Assembly: GCF_009834535.1 (NCBI RefSeq)
Contig: NC_045696.1
Coordinates: 22,322,001-22,386,000 of the forward strand
DNA: 64,000 bases
Direction: 5' to 3'
Origin: Camelus ferus
Taxonomy: Eukaryota
The notes beneath the pieces are model-generated. The model did no database searches and had not been told where the DNA came from. It worked only from the letters and a program-made list of their open reading frames with translations. Positions 50,523 to 64,000 of this stretch are shown in pieces; position 1 is the stretch's first letter; each line of letters begins with the position of its first letter. Made by a program: the position numbers and the translations under genes.

Positions 50523-51012
50523 TAGTTGTGGTGTGCACGCGCACACACACGCACACAGGAATACTACTCAGCTATAAAAAAGAATGAAATAATGCAATTT
50601 GCAGCAACATGAATGGATCTAGGGATTATTATACTAAGTGAAGTAAGTCAGAGAAAGACAAGTATCATATGATATCACATATACGTGGAATCTAAAAAAA
50701 TGACAGAAGTGAACTTACTTACAAAACAGAAAGAGACTCCCAGACATAGAAAATAAACTTACGGTTATCAAAGAGGGAGTCGGGGAGGGATAAACTAGGA
50801 TTTGGGGACTTGTAGATACAAACTACTATATGTACAGTAGATAAACAACAAGGTCCTGCTGTATAGCACAGGAAATAAATTATATTCAATATTTTGTAGT
50901 AACCTATAATGAAAAAGAATATATATGTGTAACTGAATTACTGAGCTGTACACCAGAAACTAACACAATGTTGTTAATCAACTATGTGTCAATAAAAACT
51001 TAAATTTAAAAA
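50523..51012 (+). mobile_element. 5'-truncated L1 3'UTR
   Basis: GGAATACTACTCAGCTATAAAAAAGAATGAAATAATG..CTAAGTGAAGTAAGTCAGA..AATAAAAA. Confidence 0.9.
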
Positions 51013-51702
51013 ACCTATTTATGCCTGTCTGTCTACCATCCATGTCCTATAGGTTCTGTTTCTTTGGAGAACTCTGAATACAGAATCCCTTTTAAAGTTA
51101 GGGCATAATATAAACCAACTATACTTCAATTAAAAATTATTTAATTTTCAAAAAAATAAAATTTATAATATTTAGAAAAATAAAGTTAGGGCACAGTACA
51201 TTGCATAGCTCTGATTGTGTCATTACTTTGTTAAAAATTCTTAATGGAAAATGTTCTTTGTAGCTTTGTTTATGATGGCAATAAGTTGGAATTAACCTAA
51301 ATATCCATCAATAGTGAGTTGGACAAATGATATAGTAGAATGTATTCCATATACTAGAATATTATGGTTCCATAGAAAGTGATTGAGATAGAGCTACATC
51401 TACGTGTGGTGATATAAAAAGATGTTCAAGATACATTGTTAGTGAAAAATTGCAAACTGCAGTGAAGTACACATAATAATAGGATTCCATTTATGTGGAA
51501 ATAATTACATATGGTATAGTTCTATAGGAAAATAGTATAAAAAAACTATCACTGCTAACAGTTACTGAGGGCTTCCTATATGCATGCTTCCTAAGTTCAA
51601 GGAGATTTACATGTATCAACTCTTTTCATTCATTCAGTTCAATAAATACAAATATTTATCATATGCTCTGCTGAGTGAGAGGCATTCAGCAGTAAATGAG
51701 AC

Positions 51703-51922
51703 CAGTGGTTCTCAACCTGGGGGGATTCTGCCCCCAGGGGACATTAGGCCACACCTGCAGACATTTTTGGTTGTCACAAGAGCTTGTGTGGAGGCGGCTT
51801 GCTCCTGGCGCCTAGTGAGTGGAAGCCAGGGATGCTGCCGCCTGTCCTCCAGTGCACAAGACAGCTTCCCACGGCACAGAGTTATTCAGCCTAAAATGTC
51901 AACAGGGCAGAGGCTGAGAAAC
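51703..51922. mobile_element. MER20 hAT transposon
   Basis: CAGTGGTTCTCAAC..GCCCCCAGGGGACATT..GACATTTTTGGTTGTCACA..AAAATGTCAA..GAGGCTGAGAAAC. Confidence 0.85.
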
Positions 51923-52195
51923 GTTGAACTAGATGAAATCCCTGCCTTCCTGGTTCTGACAATTATTCATTTAATTCTCATAAGCCTCTATGAGGTAGGC
52001 ACTATTCTTAAGTGTTATTATAGATGTGAAGCTTGAGCCACAGAAAGGTTAATTAAGTAAAGTTACAAGCTACATTGTTCATGGTGACCTCTGGGAATTG
52101 GGTTTGGTGGTGAACTTCTACTTTGTACATAATATATTTTGTTTTCTTTGTATTTTTACTAATAAATCTATTTAACTTTTAAAATTGCTTTTCTA

Positions 52196-52462
52196 GGGAG
52201 GGATAAATTGGGAGTTTGGGATTTGCAGATACTAACTACTACATATAAAGTAGATAAATAAGAAGGTGATTTGATACTGTATAGCAGGGAACTATATTCA
52301 GTACCTTGTAATAGCCTATAATGAAAAAGAATATGAACAGGAATATATGTATGTGCATGTATGTGAATGTGTATGTGTGTGTATATATATATATAACTGA
52401 ATCACTATGTTGTATGCCCAAAATTAACACATTGTAAATTGACTATACTTCAATAAAAAAAT
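52196..52462 (+). mobile_element. L1 3' tail with TSD
   Basis: GGGAGGGATAAATTGGGAGTTTGGG..GACTATACTTCAATAAAAA; flanked by AAAATT(G/A)CTTTTCTA. Confidence 0.9.
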
Positions 52463-55400
52463 AAAAATTACTTTTCTAATTTAAATTTGAGTTGAAAAGG
52501 ATTTTAAAAGGCTTTATCACTCCCAACTGCCTGTTTAAAACAACCTAAATCCTCAACTTAGTTTTCCAGTTCTTCCAAGGTCTGGTTCCATCTGCTTTTC
52601 CGATGGTCTTGCTTTCCGCCTTACACACTCCACATTCCAGTTTCAGTAGGCTAATGTCTCTTTTAGGAGGCCTGTACTTTGATTTGCTCATCTCTCTAAT
52701 ACCTGTGAAACTAAATAAGATCTTGCACATAAATTGTGAACTGAAGTGAATTGCAAAAATGAGTTCCTTTCACAATGAATCAAAATCTGCTTCCCTATAG
52801 TAATTTTTATGCACTGGTTCTCTGCTCTTGGTGCTTATGATTTATATCTAAGGCATCTTCACAAGACAATACTACCAACATTTAAATATTTATCTTCTCT
52901 GGGTTTTCTCTTTGTAAGTGAAGCTTCTCTAATTCTTTCAGTCATTTCCCTGACTGGACCTTATTTCTAGACCATTTACCATCCTAGCTGCCCTAAAATG
53001 CTCTACTTTGCCGAAATCCTTCCTAAAGTGATACATCAGAGTTCAGGGGTGAAACGAGTAGTTAGAAAGCAAACAGTCTCTTACTGCTGCTTTTTTCTGA
53101 ACTTCCTGTAAGTAGGTAGGTTTTCATTGCACTCACTCTCTTGGTGGTTGTGTCACACGTCATGAGTCACAGCTTGCCGTGGTAAAAGATGTTTAGCACA
53201 GTGCTGAGTCATCAACAAAACATGAAATCATATTCAGGACACTGCTGAAGAAGGCAGGGAAGCATGTAGTGCAATTTATATTTTTATATAAAATAGATAC
53301 AAATTCTTTTTAAAATGGGTGTTTCTTAAAGAGATGTTCGTACAACTCTGTGGAGCACTACATTCTACAAAAAAAACAAAACAAAAAACCCCCCAAAACC
53401 CAAAACCCCTAAAGATCTGGGAGACAACATTTAAGGAATCAGAATGAATCAAGAGAAACTTTCTTAGAGCCCAGCAAGAATCCTAAAGATTAAAGATAGA
53501 CACATGTTCCAGTGATTTCAAAGCTTGTTTTTGAAATACCCAAGAAGGTTTAGAATAAAAAAAAGTTCCATGGTTTGCCAAAGGTCACTCAAGAAGTCAG
53601 TGACACAGTCCCAAATCCAAGGTCAGGGTCTGAAGTGCTCAAAATAAAACTGACTTCAGTTTACCTCTGAAAAATCAGACATTTAGGAGATGATATATTT
53701 GTGTGGACAAATGATTGGCAGGCAGTCAGCTGGGTATTATATCTCTGCAAACTCTTTATTTCTTTAGCTGACTTATCTATGAAATGCTTGCTTTCCCATC
53801 TCCTGGGAGAAGCTACTCTTTGTACAACAATGTGAAATACATAATAGCTACCAGCGAACACCTTTAGCAGTAGTTCGAGTGACCAAAATTTTACCTTTTA
53901 TCTTCTTCAACTGTTCTCTTCCAAGCAACAAGGCTCATCTTCCAGTGGTCCTCTGATCAGATTACTGTCCTTCTCCAAAGCCTTTAGGGGCTCCCAACTG
54001 TTTTTGAAATTAGATGAAAATTTGAAGTAATGGACTTCAAGACCCTCTTACAAATTGACCTTTCTTTATCACACAGGCTCTAATTTTCATCCCACATGGT
54101 GTTTCCACCCCAGACAGGAGAGACTGCCTACTTTCCCCCAAACAAGATTGACCACCTCTGGAATTTGAGGACATGCTTGCTATGTTAGTTCATGCTTTGT
54201 AAGAGCTCTGTCTAGAGTCATGAATTTTATCAAATAGCACTAAGTTTAATGGCCCAGATGCACTCATTTAAGCCACCTCTTCACAAACTAAAAATGCAGT
54301 GGAATCAAGGTTCTGGGAAGATGGCTTGAGGACTCTGCTTTATTAGGAAGCAAGTTTTGGAATGCACACCTACTTTTTTGACTACTCTTACCTGTATATG
54401 GATTCTGTTAGGAAAAAATGTAGGAATTTTGGATTAAGGGACAAATGTAGAGGAGTAGGTGTTGGGGGTGAGTTTCCACGATTAACACTGAGTCAGATTT
54501 ATTTTGAAATTGAAACGATTTGAGATTGAAAAAAAAACCAAACAGAAAAGAGAATGGATGGTAGATACGGAGATTTTACCATGTATCTTTAGGCACAACA
54601 TTCAACTTGAAATGAAAAATGGAAACTTTGTGTGTGTGTGTGTGTATGTAAAAACAGGAAGCTAAGATAAATAGTCTGAAAGTGTGTCACAAAATTATAT
54701 CACTTGCTGTATGATGGGGATCATAAACTGAGGTAGGATAATTATATATTGAAAGATTAATCTGGATATTGAAAAAGGTTGAGAAGTAGTACAAAATGTT
54801 TGCTATAGAAAATAAAAGTCAGATAGTAAGACAAGCAGTTTTTATCCCAGATAAGGCTATATTTCTCTAAGTCTTGGAACCTAAAGTCCATCTGAAATTA
54901 GAGTTGACTTGGAGGATGAAGAGATTAGAGCTGTTGGTGGGAAAACAAAGCAACAACAATAAAATTTCCTTTGTCTCTTGCTCCTCTGCCAATAGATATT
55001 ATTTGACCTACAACATTAATTGACGTTTTTCAATTAATTGACGTTTCTCCCAATTTAATTTTTAAAACATTCTAAATTTGCAAGGTCAGTCTGAGAAAAA
55101 TTTGATCTCTAGCTCCAGTGTAATTTCCATTCTCAGTTCCTGCGAACCTGGGAGTTCTCTTTTATATTTTCTTTCTCAAGGATGAGGCTTGAAGGAACCT
55201 TAAATACGTGCTCAGAATCAGTGTAAAGTTTATACAGAGAGGAAGTTACAAATGAATAGAGGTGCTAAGTAGTCCAGCTTTGTCTGATTCAGAATAAATC
55301 TCAGATTTTAACTAATTCTGTTTATCCAGCCAAGTTGTTTCTTGCACAGTTTCCTTTATTTGGCAGTTGGAATCTGGAATTTTTTTTTTTTTTTTTTTTT

Positions 55401-55769
55401 AGTTCCCATTACTTCTCACTGTGCCTATTTAGAAGTGCCACCACCACCGACAACCCTTGTGGTTACTTTACTTTCAGTCCAGATGATCTTACCCAGAGTG
55501 GTCATCTTAAGTAAGCAGGTTCTTCTAAATCTGTTGACTTCTTGCTCATTCCTTCTCTAATGAATCACACAGTTTCATTAGACTTTACAGGATTTATCTT
55601 CTCACCATTGTACAAATAATTTGTTCTTAGCTGAGTGTGATTTGATGGGAAGAGAACTACACGGTATGTTGAGAACCCTTGGTTATCTCAGTGTGTCCCC
55701 TACCTACCCACCCAAGTGACTTCATCCTCAGAGTTGCCTCATCAGCAAAATGAAGGAATAGGATTATAG

Positions 55770-55930
55770 CAGTTGTTCTCAATTCTGGTTGCAAATTAGA
55801 AGCATCTGGGGAATTTAAAAAAAATACTGCTACTTGGCCACACCAGACAAGCTAAGTCAAATTTCTCTGAGGTAAGACCTGCACAATTGGTATTATATTA
55901 AAAGGGTCAACTAGGGCTAGAAGCCAGTGG
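55770..55930. mobile_element. MER5-type hAT MITE
   Basis: CAGTTGTTCTCAA..ATTAGAAGCATCTGGGGAA..GGGCTAGAAGCCAGTG. Confidence 0.6.
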
Positions 55931-57199
55931 ATGAATGATTTTCATGGGCCTTTCCAACTTTGTGATTCCCTTATTCTTACACTTGCTGACTTGGACTTCT
56001 TTTCTGACCTAATCTTCAGACAGTAAAGGAGGAGGGCTTACTTGATTTGGTTAATTAACAGTTACAAATGTGAGCTATATAGTCATTATGGGACATTTTA
56101 ACCACACTGGGTACCTGCCTTCTTGCTGAGAAAAATAAGCATAGTAGAGAGAAGAGTTTGTGTCTCAAATCTTTTAAGACCTTCTTAAAAGGGTTCATTT
56201 CTATCTCCATGATTTAAAACATATCCCTTACATGCTGAATGCTAAATGTACAATTGAAAAGCCTTCTGTGGTATCTTTACTGAGGGAGATAGTCAAGAAA
56301 AGCAGGGATTCACAGAGGTATGCGTGAGCTGCATTGGGAGCCTAGAGAAGGGCCACCTGTCTCAGCCTGGGGCACAGAGACTTCCCTGTAATCCTGTGTC
56401 TGCAACTGTGAGTGCAAGTATCTAGAGGAAAAGGAGGCAGACATTGTGTGTGTGTGGGGGGGTGGTATCAGGGAAGATGTGATGTCCTCTGACAAGTGCA
56501 AGGAGTTGCGTGCAATGTGAGCAGTTGGCATGATAAGGATAGAGAAATCTTGGGGGAGCATATTGTGAAGATCTTATTTGAACTTTATCTGTGTAATTAT
56601 CTCACCTCACTTCCCTAGAGCCTTTTGTAGTCATTCAGCCTCTCTCTACCACTATGACGTTAATTAGATGTTTTCAGAAATGTACATTGTTATATCTAAA
56701 TAAACTAAAACAGTAATACACGCTTTAAGAAAATAATTCAAACCTGCTAATAGCAAATCCCTAGTCTGGTTAAACTTTCATTTACTCTGTTAGATTTTAA
56801 AAATTTTTATTCATTCTTTGACCTAATATAATTACTGTACTGGAGTTAATCTCCTTACCTTAAATTGTAATTCCTTAATTCCTGTTCTGGTAACTATTTG
56901 GATAAATAATAAATTGTTTTTCTTCACTGAAATCCTTCTTACGAGTCGAATAAGTATGCTTTCCTACACCTATATATTTCAGCCTAAACTAAAGAACCCT
57001 TAACCAAAATGCCTTCACCATCATTCTATAATATATCCCCCACTTCTCCTATCCTCTTCTTTAGTTGGGAAAAAAATAAATCCTCTGTGAAACGTTCCAT
57101 CATCACTCATTAAACTTATATCGATTTCCGCCTCCCCTAAATTTATGCTACTTGATTTATTTTTAAATTTTAAATCAAAGTACCCAAAATTATTTTGTA

Positions 57200-58100
57200 T
57201 TATTTCTATTTTATTAAGTTTGACTACTTACATGATAGTAATATAAATAACAATTAGGATATTGACCCATATTAGCCAAGAAAATTTTAAAAGTTAAGAG
57301 AAATAGAAGTTTGTATCACTGGCTGTTGTAATGTGTCAAATGCTCTATAAATAAACTTATATAGTACTAGTATTAGAAATGACTTATAGATCAGTGCAAT
57401 AGAATTAACAGTCCATAAACATATTTAAGTGTTTAAAAAATGATAATTCAAATTTAATGTAGATCAGTGGACTGGTATCTAAAACATCTTGACAAGTCCA
57501 GCATTCTTTCCTAATTAAAAAAATAAAAGAAAAAGAAAACAAATATACCAATAAGAAACCCAAATCCAGTGTAATAGGAAAAGATGTAAAACTTCTTTGA
57601 CATTAAAATTGTGTATGTGTATAAAATATACCAAAGCCAGCATCATTTTAACGAAAGATTTAGAAGTTTTTTTAAGGAAAGACAAAGAACCCTATCATCA
57701 TTACCAGTACTCCTAGCTTAGAAGTACTGACCAATGTAATTAGACATGAGAAAGTAAGAAGAGGTATGAATATCTGAAAGAAGGAGACAGAATTATTATC
57801 ATTGGCAGATGATAATATATTAAGAAGAACATAGAAGTAAAAAAATATTATTGGAAACAATGAGATAAATCAGGATGGTGGTTGATTTCATACACACAAA
57901 AATGTATCCAAATCAATAGTTTTCCTATCTGTAAAAAAGATTGGCTAGATAATATAGTGGAGCAGAATTACCACTTGCTAGAGCAACCAAAGAAGAAAAA
58001 ATACTTAGAAATAAATTTGACAAGAAATGGGCAGAAATTTGGTGAAGAAATGTTAACCTTCTTGAGAGATTTAACAGAAAAAGATGAGAAGAAATGCTGT
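57200..58100 (+). mobile_element. Old L1 ORF2 fragments
   Basis: Degenerate RT-region sequence (GAAGTACTGACCAATGTAATTAGACA.GAGAAAG; TTGGCAGATGATA; ORF-track peptide KKYLEINLTR). Confidence 0.7.
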
Positions 58101-58639
58101 GATTAACTTCTGGAGTTGGGCAAGATATCAAGGGCATGTTTAAAATCAGTAAGATGATTTTCCAGTTATCTTCTAAGGAGAGCAGTTTTTGGTAACTTGA
58201 GGGCCTTTTGTTTGGCTGAATATCTAGACAAGTTTGAGGAAGCAAGATGAGGAGAAAAAGTGAATTGTTTGTAAGCCAGTCCCTATTTCAGCCCCAGGTA
58301 TAGCTGGTAATAAGAACAGACCTGTCTACTGGGGATTTTTCTGTAGGGTGTGTTTTGCAAAACCTGTTCTCCACCTTCTCTGTGAAAACGTCAGTTACTG
58401 TGTTCATGTTCACTAGGTTTTGCACTTGAAGGTTTTTTAAGAGCATCAGAGACATGCTGAGTTCATGTATCCTAGTAGTCAGAGGCATGGAACAAACATA
58501 AAGGCAGCTATGTGGACACCATGTTGTTCTCCCCACCTCCCCCACCAACTTCTAAAATTAGGAGACATTTGAAATCTAGGTTATCTCGGAAAAATGTTTG
58601 CAATGTATTTTTTTATGTTTAGAGATTCTTTTTTAGGTA

Positions 58640-59013
58640 TATATTTTTACTGAACTATAGTCAGTTTACAATATTGTGTCAGTTTCTGGTGTACACCATA
58701 ATGCTTCAGTCATACATGAACATACATATATTTGTTTTTATATTCTTTTTTATGTTACTGCAAGATATTGAATATAGTTCCCTGTGCTATTCAGTATAAA
58801 CTTGATTATCTATTTTATATATATTAGAATCTGCAAATCTCAAACCCCCAATTTATCCTTTCCCACCCTCTTCCCCCACTGGTAACCACAAGTTTGTTTT
58901 CTATGTCTGTGAGTCTGTTTCTGTTTTGTAAATAAGTTTGTCTTTTTTTTTTTTTTTTTTAGATTCCACATGTAAGTGATATCATATGGTATTTTTCTTT
59001 CTTTTTCTGGCTG
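58640..59013 (-). mobile_element. L1 3' tail (artiodactyl type)
   Basis: ACTATAGTCAGTTTACAAT..CCCTGTGCTAT..GGTAACCACAAGTTTGTTTTCTATGTCTGTGAGTC..AGATTCCACATGTAAGTGATATC. Confidence 0.9.
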
Positions 59014-60199
59014 AAATTTTTTTTGACAAAGTTCTAACAACTTGTGTAATAAGAATTTAGGAAGAGACAAATAAAAATAAAAGGGCAAAGGCAATTCAAA
59101 AAATAAAAGATACAATGGTCAATAAGCATAAGAAATCATGTAACTTTACTATAAAGTAAAGCACATCCAGAGAAAGTTATCACCTATAAGTTATCACCTG
59201 TCAGGTTGAAAACACCTATCTATTTTTCATCTATATGAAAATAATCTTCAGATGATAACAACATTATGAGAAAAAGAAATGTCATACATTGATGTTGGGT
59301 ATGAATTGGCACTATTCTTCTACAGGGCAATTTAGAGTTTTATTTATTTAAAAACTTTAAATGAATGAATGAATAAATAAATAAATAAATATCCTTGACC
59401 CATCAATCACAATTCTGAGAATTTAAAACATAATCAGACACATGCACAAAAATTTATGCAAAAGGATGTTTATTGTAGAATTGTTTATAATTATTAAAGT
59501 TGGAAAGAATTTAAACAATCAACCATAAGGTATTTGTTAAATGACTTACGGAACAAACAGAAAGGAATACTTTGCACCCATTGACAATGGTGTGGTAGAT
59601 GTTTATTTACTGATACGGCAAGATTTTTCTATGATATGTTGTTAAGTGAAAAAGGTAATGTATATAACAAAATATAATTTATGATATCATTTGTCTAAGA
59701 AACATTTCTTTGCTTGTCTGTAACAAAATCTATGTGTATGTATGTGTCTGCAAATATGCACATGCATAGCCCACATGTTTAGATATTTGGGTCGAATTGT
59801 TAATCTCCCTTAATGACTTAATAATGTCTTTACTTCTCTATGTTTTCTGTTTTTTAATGAAACAAACATGATTAATTTCTATGATGATGGTGATAAAGAA
59901 AAATTTATGCCCCCATCAGATCTCTTTGTATTTTTCTATTCCCTGAAAAATATTTCTTTTACATTCTTATGTCATTCTACTTTGTAACTTTAAACCATGT
60001 TCTTTTAAAGTGAAGCAACAGCTCCTCTCCTCTCCCTCAGGGAACTACATCTTTCCTAGTATTTTTTGGCATGAAAGAGCTGGAAAGAGAGGGGGTCATT
60101 GTCTTCTCAGCAGCCCAGTGGTGTTTACAGTTAAGAACATTACTATTTTGGCACCTGTTCCAACACCCTAAGCAATTCTCCTGAGCCAGAAGCTTTCTC

Positions 60200-60216
60200 A
60201 GTGTGAGTGTGTGCAT

Positions 60217-60250
<34 letters not shown>
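60200..60250. repeat. (TG)n microsatellite
   Basis: Directly visible. Confidence 0.95.
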
Positions 60251-60252
<2 letters not shown>

Positions 60253-62360
60253 TAGAAGTGGAACAATAAAAATAAACAGGCGCTGGCTGAGAGCTCCTGG
60301 GAATGTGTGTGTATACACTTTTAGACAGAAGACTTGAAACCAAGCCTGTACACAGACTACATGGACAGTCAGATGATTTTTCTTTCTATTTTCCTATGTA
60401 TTTTATAAACTAAATCAAATCAGTGTTTGCAGGTACTCTTAAGTTTAAACCCAAGTAAGATACCATTTAAGGTATCCCTCAATGAGCCTATTGAAAGACA
60501 GAATAAATGCTGCTGGGCATATGGGGACTGAGAAAGAGCACTTGGGTCAGATAGGCCAGTTCTCCAGCCACATAATTGAATGTCTTAAGTGTTAACATAT
60601 CTTTTTACCAACAAAGAGATTAGGGGGTAGCCTGGACAGAAAAATCACTCAAAACTTAAATGTAAGCTACAGAGAGAGGACGGAATCTCACCAGTGAAAT
60701 ATCTTAGCGGCGTCTGGGTCCTTCGAGGTACTTTTAGTGTATGTACAGTAGAATTTATGCTATAAAAGAACATGACTTGCCGTAAGTGTCCGTTCTCTTA
60801 TGTGTGCAAACTTGTGCAGATGATGATGGAATGAAGGTGTGTTTGCTCTCTTTGTTTTCCTTTGAATCAGACTGTTTTTAGTGACATTAACCCTAACTTG
60901 CTCATGAACCTCACCCACTTCCCTGATTTGCTAGTAAATGATTGGGCTAAAAACTTATTATAAAAAAAAGTCTAAAGAATCTGGTTAATGAACTACTTGA
61001 GTTGGCCCAGCAGATCAAGTAATTTGCCATAGTGACTGGTTACTAGGTTGAGTAGGATTTCTAGAGAGGGAGGTATTGGGGAGGCTGGATGGAGCATGAT
61101 AAATTCCTTAATTTGTGCCTTTTACTCTCAGTGAGAAAAATGGTGGTTATTCAAAAGCGTCTGAACATTTTAATTTTTTTCTGCAAGTTTTATATTGCTT
61201 ATTTATGTATGCCACACTTCCTAGAGAGGAAGGAAAGGATAGAACTGGGTGATAAGCTAGACAATGGAAGAGAGTTAGTGGGCCATAGTGTCTTCCTTTT
61301 GTGTTTCCAGCATCTGCCTACCACTAGGGAAATCACAGGACGTGGCATATAAGTAGGGCAGAGGATTCGCCACTCAGCACTTCAATCAGCAAGTCACATT
61401 ACTTGGCATCACTGTGGCAGCTGTAAGGAAACTCCAGAGGATTTTCTGGAGTAAGATGAGCTGTACATGGTGCCTCCCAGCTGGAAGCAAGCTATTTTGT
61501 CCACATTATTTATAAGATGCTCCCAGGCCATCCTAGTTTTCCTAATGACGCTTGCTGTCTACAACTAGCTGAGCTTATTTCAATATGATTTGTCAAAGGT
61601 TAACTGAGAGAAGTCACCAGGAACTAAGAAAACAGATGTAAAATGAAAGAGGGAAAACAAAATCACTTATTTTGAATGGGTACACTTGGTGGCCTAACCA
61701 GGGATGCAAAACGGCTCCAGAATGGAATGAAAAGGATAAAAATAGGAACACAGTTGGGCAGAGCACAGAAAGCCATGAGCAGTTAAAACAGACTGATGCA
61801 AATGTGGCTCTTGAGCACATTATATTTTTAAAAAGAGTGATAAACATATTGAGTATCGTTTATTCTGAGGACCTTTCCCCAAAGGACAGAATTCTGCTTT
61901 TCAAGGCATGGGCTCTCTGCCTTTAAGGCCCGTGCCAGTCTTCTTCACACAGGGTCAGAGGAAGGATGCATTGAAAGTCAGTAGAGCTGTAATTCCTCCA
62001 CAGCAGTGGTAAAGTTAGATCCTGCTGACTGGAGCAGCTCACTCCTGAGGACGGTGATCTTCTCATAAAACAGCTGGCATTGCCTGAAAGGGAGGTATTG
62101 TTGGTAGGTAAGCCAGCTCCTAGGGGCTGGGACACGGCCAGCATCTCATATAGCAAACATGCTGCTGGTTCACTTCTGTTTGTTTTCCCAGATGAAAAGT
62201 GATTGCAACACATTTCAGGGCCAACGCAAAAACTTTGCCTTTGTAATGTATTAACTTGCTCTCCATAGTGAGATGTTCTAAATCACTAAACTAGAAAACA
62301 ATATCTAACTTAAGAAAACAAAAAGAAACCTAGTTAAAAGGTCAATGGGCGAGGGGGGTA

Positions 62361-62500
62361 GGGGGTAGGTATAGCTCAGAGGTAGAGTGCATACTTACTA
62401 TGCATGAGGTCTTGGGTTCAAGCCCCAGTACGTCCATTAAAAAAAACGAATGAGTAAATAAACCTAATTACCGCCCCCCCAAACCCCAAAAAACAAAAAA
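62361..62500 (+). mobile_element. Vic-1-type SINE
   Basis: GGTATAGCTCAGAGGTAGAGTGC..GGGTTCAAGCCCCAGTAC..AAATAAACCTAATTACC. Confidence 0.9.
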
Positions 62501-62669
62501 TGCTCAATTGGCCAGGAAGTTACTTGTATATTACTTTTGTAAAATGATCATCAGTTTGGGTTTTTTTTTTTTTTTTTCCAGCAGGGGGAAAGACTTGGGG
62601 TGTTGCCAAAGAAGCAAAAAATCCATACTTCAGTAAATGTTTTCTTTACTTCCTTTCACCAGGCAGTTC

Positions 62670-62880
62670 TGATTTAGCAGGACACATACTAGATTAAGCT
62701 TCAAAATACTTGGATAGTAACTGTCCTACTTTGGGCAAATCATTTAATCTTCCTGAGCTCCAGTTCATTCACTTATAAAATGACAATAACCATACTTCCA
62801 GTGACTACTGTACTATATGATTAAAATGATTACATGAGAAATTATTTGTGAAAGCATTTATCAACTTCAAGGCATGATAC
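62670..62880 (+). mobile_element. MIR SINE
   Basis: TTGGGCAAATCATTTAATCTTCCTGAGCTCCAGTTC..TATAAAATG. Confidence 0.65.
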
Positions 62881-63175
62881 TGTGTGTGTGTGAGGTCTGA
62901 AGGGATCATCTTTGTTTTCCTTGGAGCAGATGTTGGTGCTAGGGCATTGGAGATGTAGGGAGGCCCCACACCAGTTCTTTCTCATCATCCCAGGCCTGAG
63001 AGGCTGGAAGAAAAGAGTGCATCCTGAGGTAGCAACTTCCATTTCTTTATTAATTTGCACAAATAAATCATTTTCAGCCTTTTCCCTCTCCATGAAGTCA
63101 GAGTCCTTTCCTCTAAATGTTAGAGAAACTTATTGACTATCTAGCCTTTTCTCCAGTTCTGCTACTTTGTCTAGA

Positions 63176-63455
63176 CCTGTGTCATCCCAACACAGGAGCC
63201 ACTAGTGACTTGAGGTTATTGAACTCTCAAAATGTGGCTGGTCACAACTGTCCAGAAAAAGGGAAAATATCTTGTTAATACCTTTTACATTGATTACATG
63301 TTGTAATGATAGTATTTTAGGTGTATTGGGTTAAGTAAAATATATTGTTTAAGGAAGTTTTATCTATTTCTTTTGACTTCCTAAAATGCAGCTACTATAA
63401 AATGTAGAATTCCATGTATGGGACGCTTCGTATTTCTCTTGGCTGAAACTGCTCC
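63176..63455. mobile_element. MER3/MER33-type hAT transposon
   Basis: AGCCACTAG..AAATGTGGCT..TTTTACATTGATTACATGTTG..TATTGGGTTAAGTAAAATATATT. Confidence 0.75.
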
Positions 63456-64000
63456 AGACAGTCAGAGGAGGGAGGAAAGACCTGGGTCCTGATGGCCTTA
63501 TTCACATGCCTTTTGCACTTCCCAGTCCCTATGCGTGCTATGTGGGGCTCTCTTTCCTACTCGGTCCAGTTCTTGGGCAGCCAGTTCAATCGAGAAGAAA
63601 TCAAAGAAGGCTCAATGGGAAAGTCATTCCATCCCCTAGGGCACATGGCACAAAGTAGGCATCCAGTATTCATTCATTCATTCATTCATTCAATCTTGCA
63701 TTCAATTAAAATAGAGAAATTTGACAAGCTCATATGTTGAAAATTCACTCACGAATTCTGTAAAGGGAGAGATACTGTGATTGGGCTTTATAGTGTCGTG
63801 TGTCTGAGTCACTTATTAAATCTTATTTTATAAAAGGGTATTTACCTGCATTTCATATCTCCCTTCTGAAGGTGTAGATCCCCTGAAGTCGGGGAATGTG
63901 TTTACATGTCTTGCTTTGTATCTAACAGGTGCAACAGCCAGTCTTGTTGAATATTATGGGTAAGATAAATAATATCACGAGTCTATTAGTGTATCTTTCT

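Larger units (their letters stand above)
49627..51082 (+). mobile_element. MLT2 (ERVL) LTR carrying three nested insertions
   Basis: TGTTGATTAATTTTTATGTGTCA start; GAGTAAAGCAGATTGCC..CATCCAATCAGTTGAAGG core; GGTTCTGTTTCTTTGGAGAAC..AATACA end; 5-bp near-TSD GAATT/GAATC. Confidence 0.88.

Noticed and set aside
60400..62250. Short ORFs in the largely unique distal segment
   Set aside because: No recognisable protein similarity or supportable exon structure.

Overview
Mammalian (camelid) genomic DNA: nine tRNA-derived SINEs of the camelid Vic-1 type are present. The only host gene is the 5' end of CXADR (coxsackie/adenovirus receptor) on the minus strand, with coding exon 1 at 4604-4646 (MALLLRVVLLCGVA..., GTGAGT donor) inside a CpG-island promoter. 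Positions 1-4603 are intron 1. The remaining ~59 kb is gene-free upstream DNA rich in repeats: an internally deleted class I ERV provirus (6398-10351; two LTRs, tRNA-His PBS, 4-bp TSD, gag fused to env) with a nested solo LTR, further ERV1/ERVL/MaLR solo LTRs, L1 tails, MIR/L2 relics and hAT DNA transposons. The most notable observations are: (i) a poly(A)-tailed, TSD-flanked retrocopy that matches the R region (cap site to poly(A) site) of an LTR family also present in the window; (ii) a CpG-rich, GC-shifted patch centred on an LTR with two full CRE sites near 32-33 kb; (iii) an orphan L1-mediated retrocopy inside an MLT2 LTR; (iv) a run of LTRs pointing at the CXADR promoter; (v) a MER41-like LTR with tandem GAS-like sites. 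Repeat family names come from recalled consensus similarity, not database searches.
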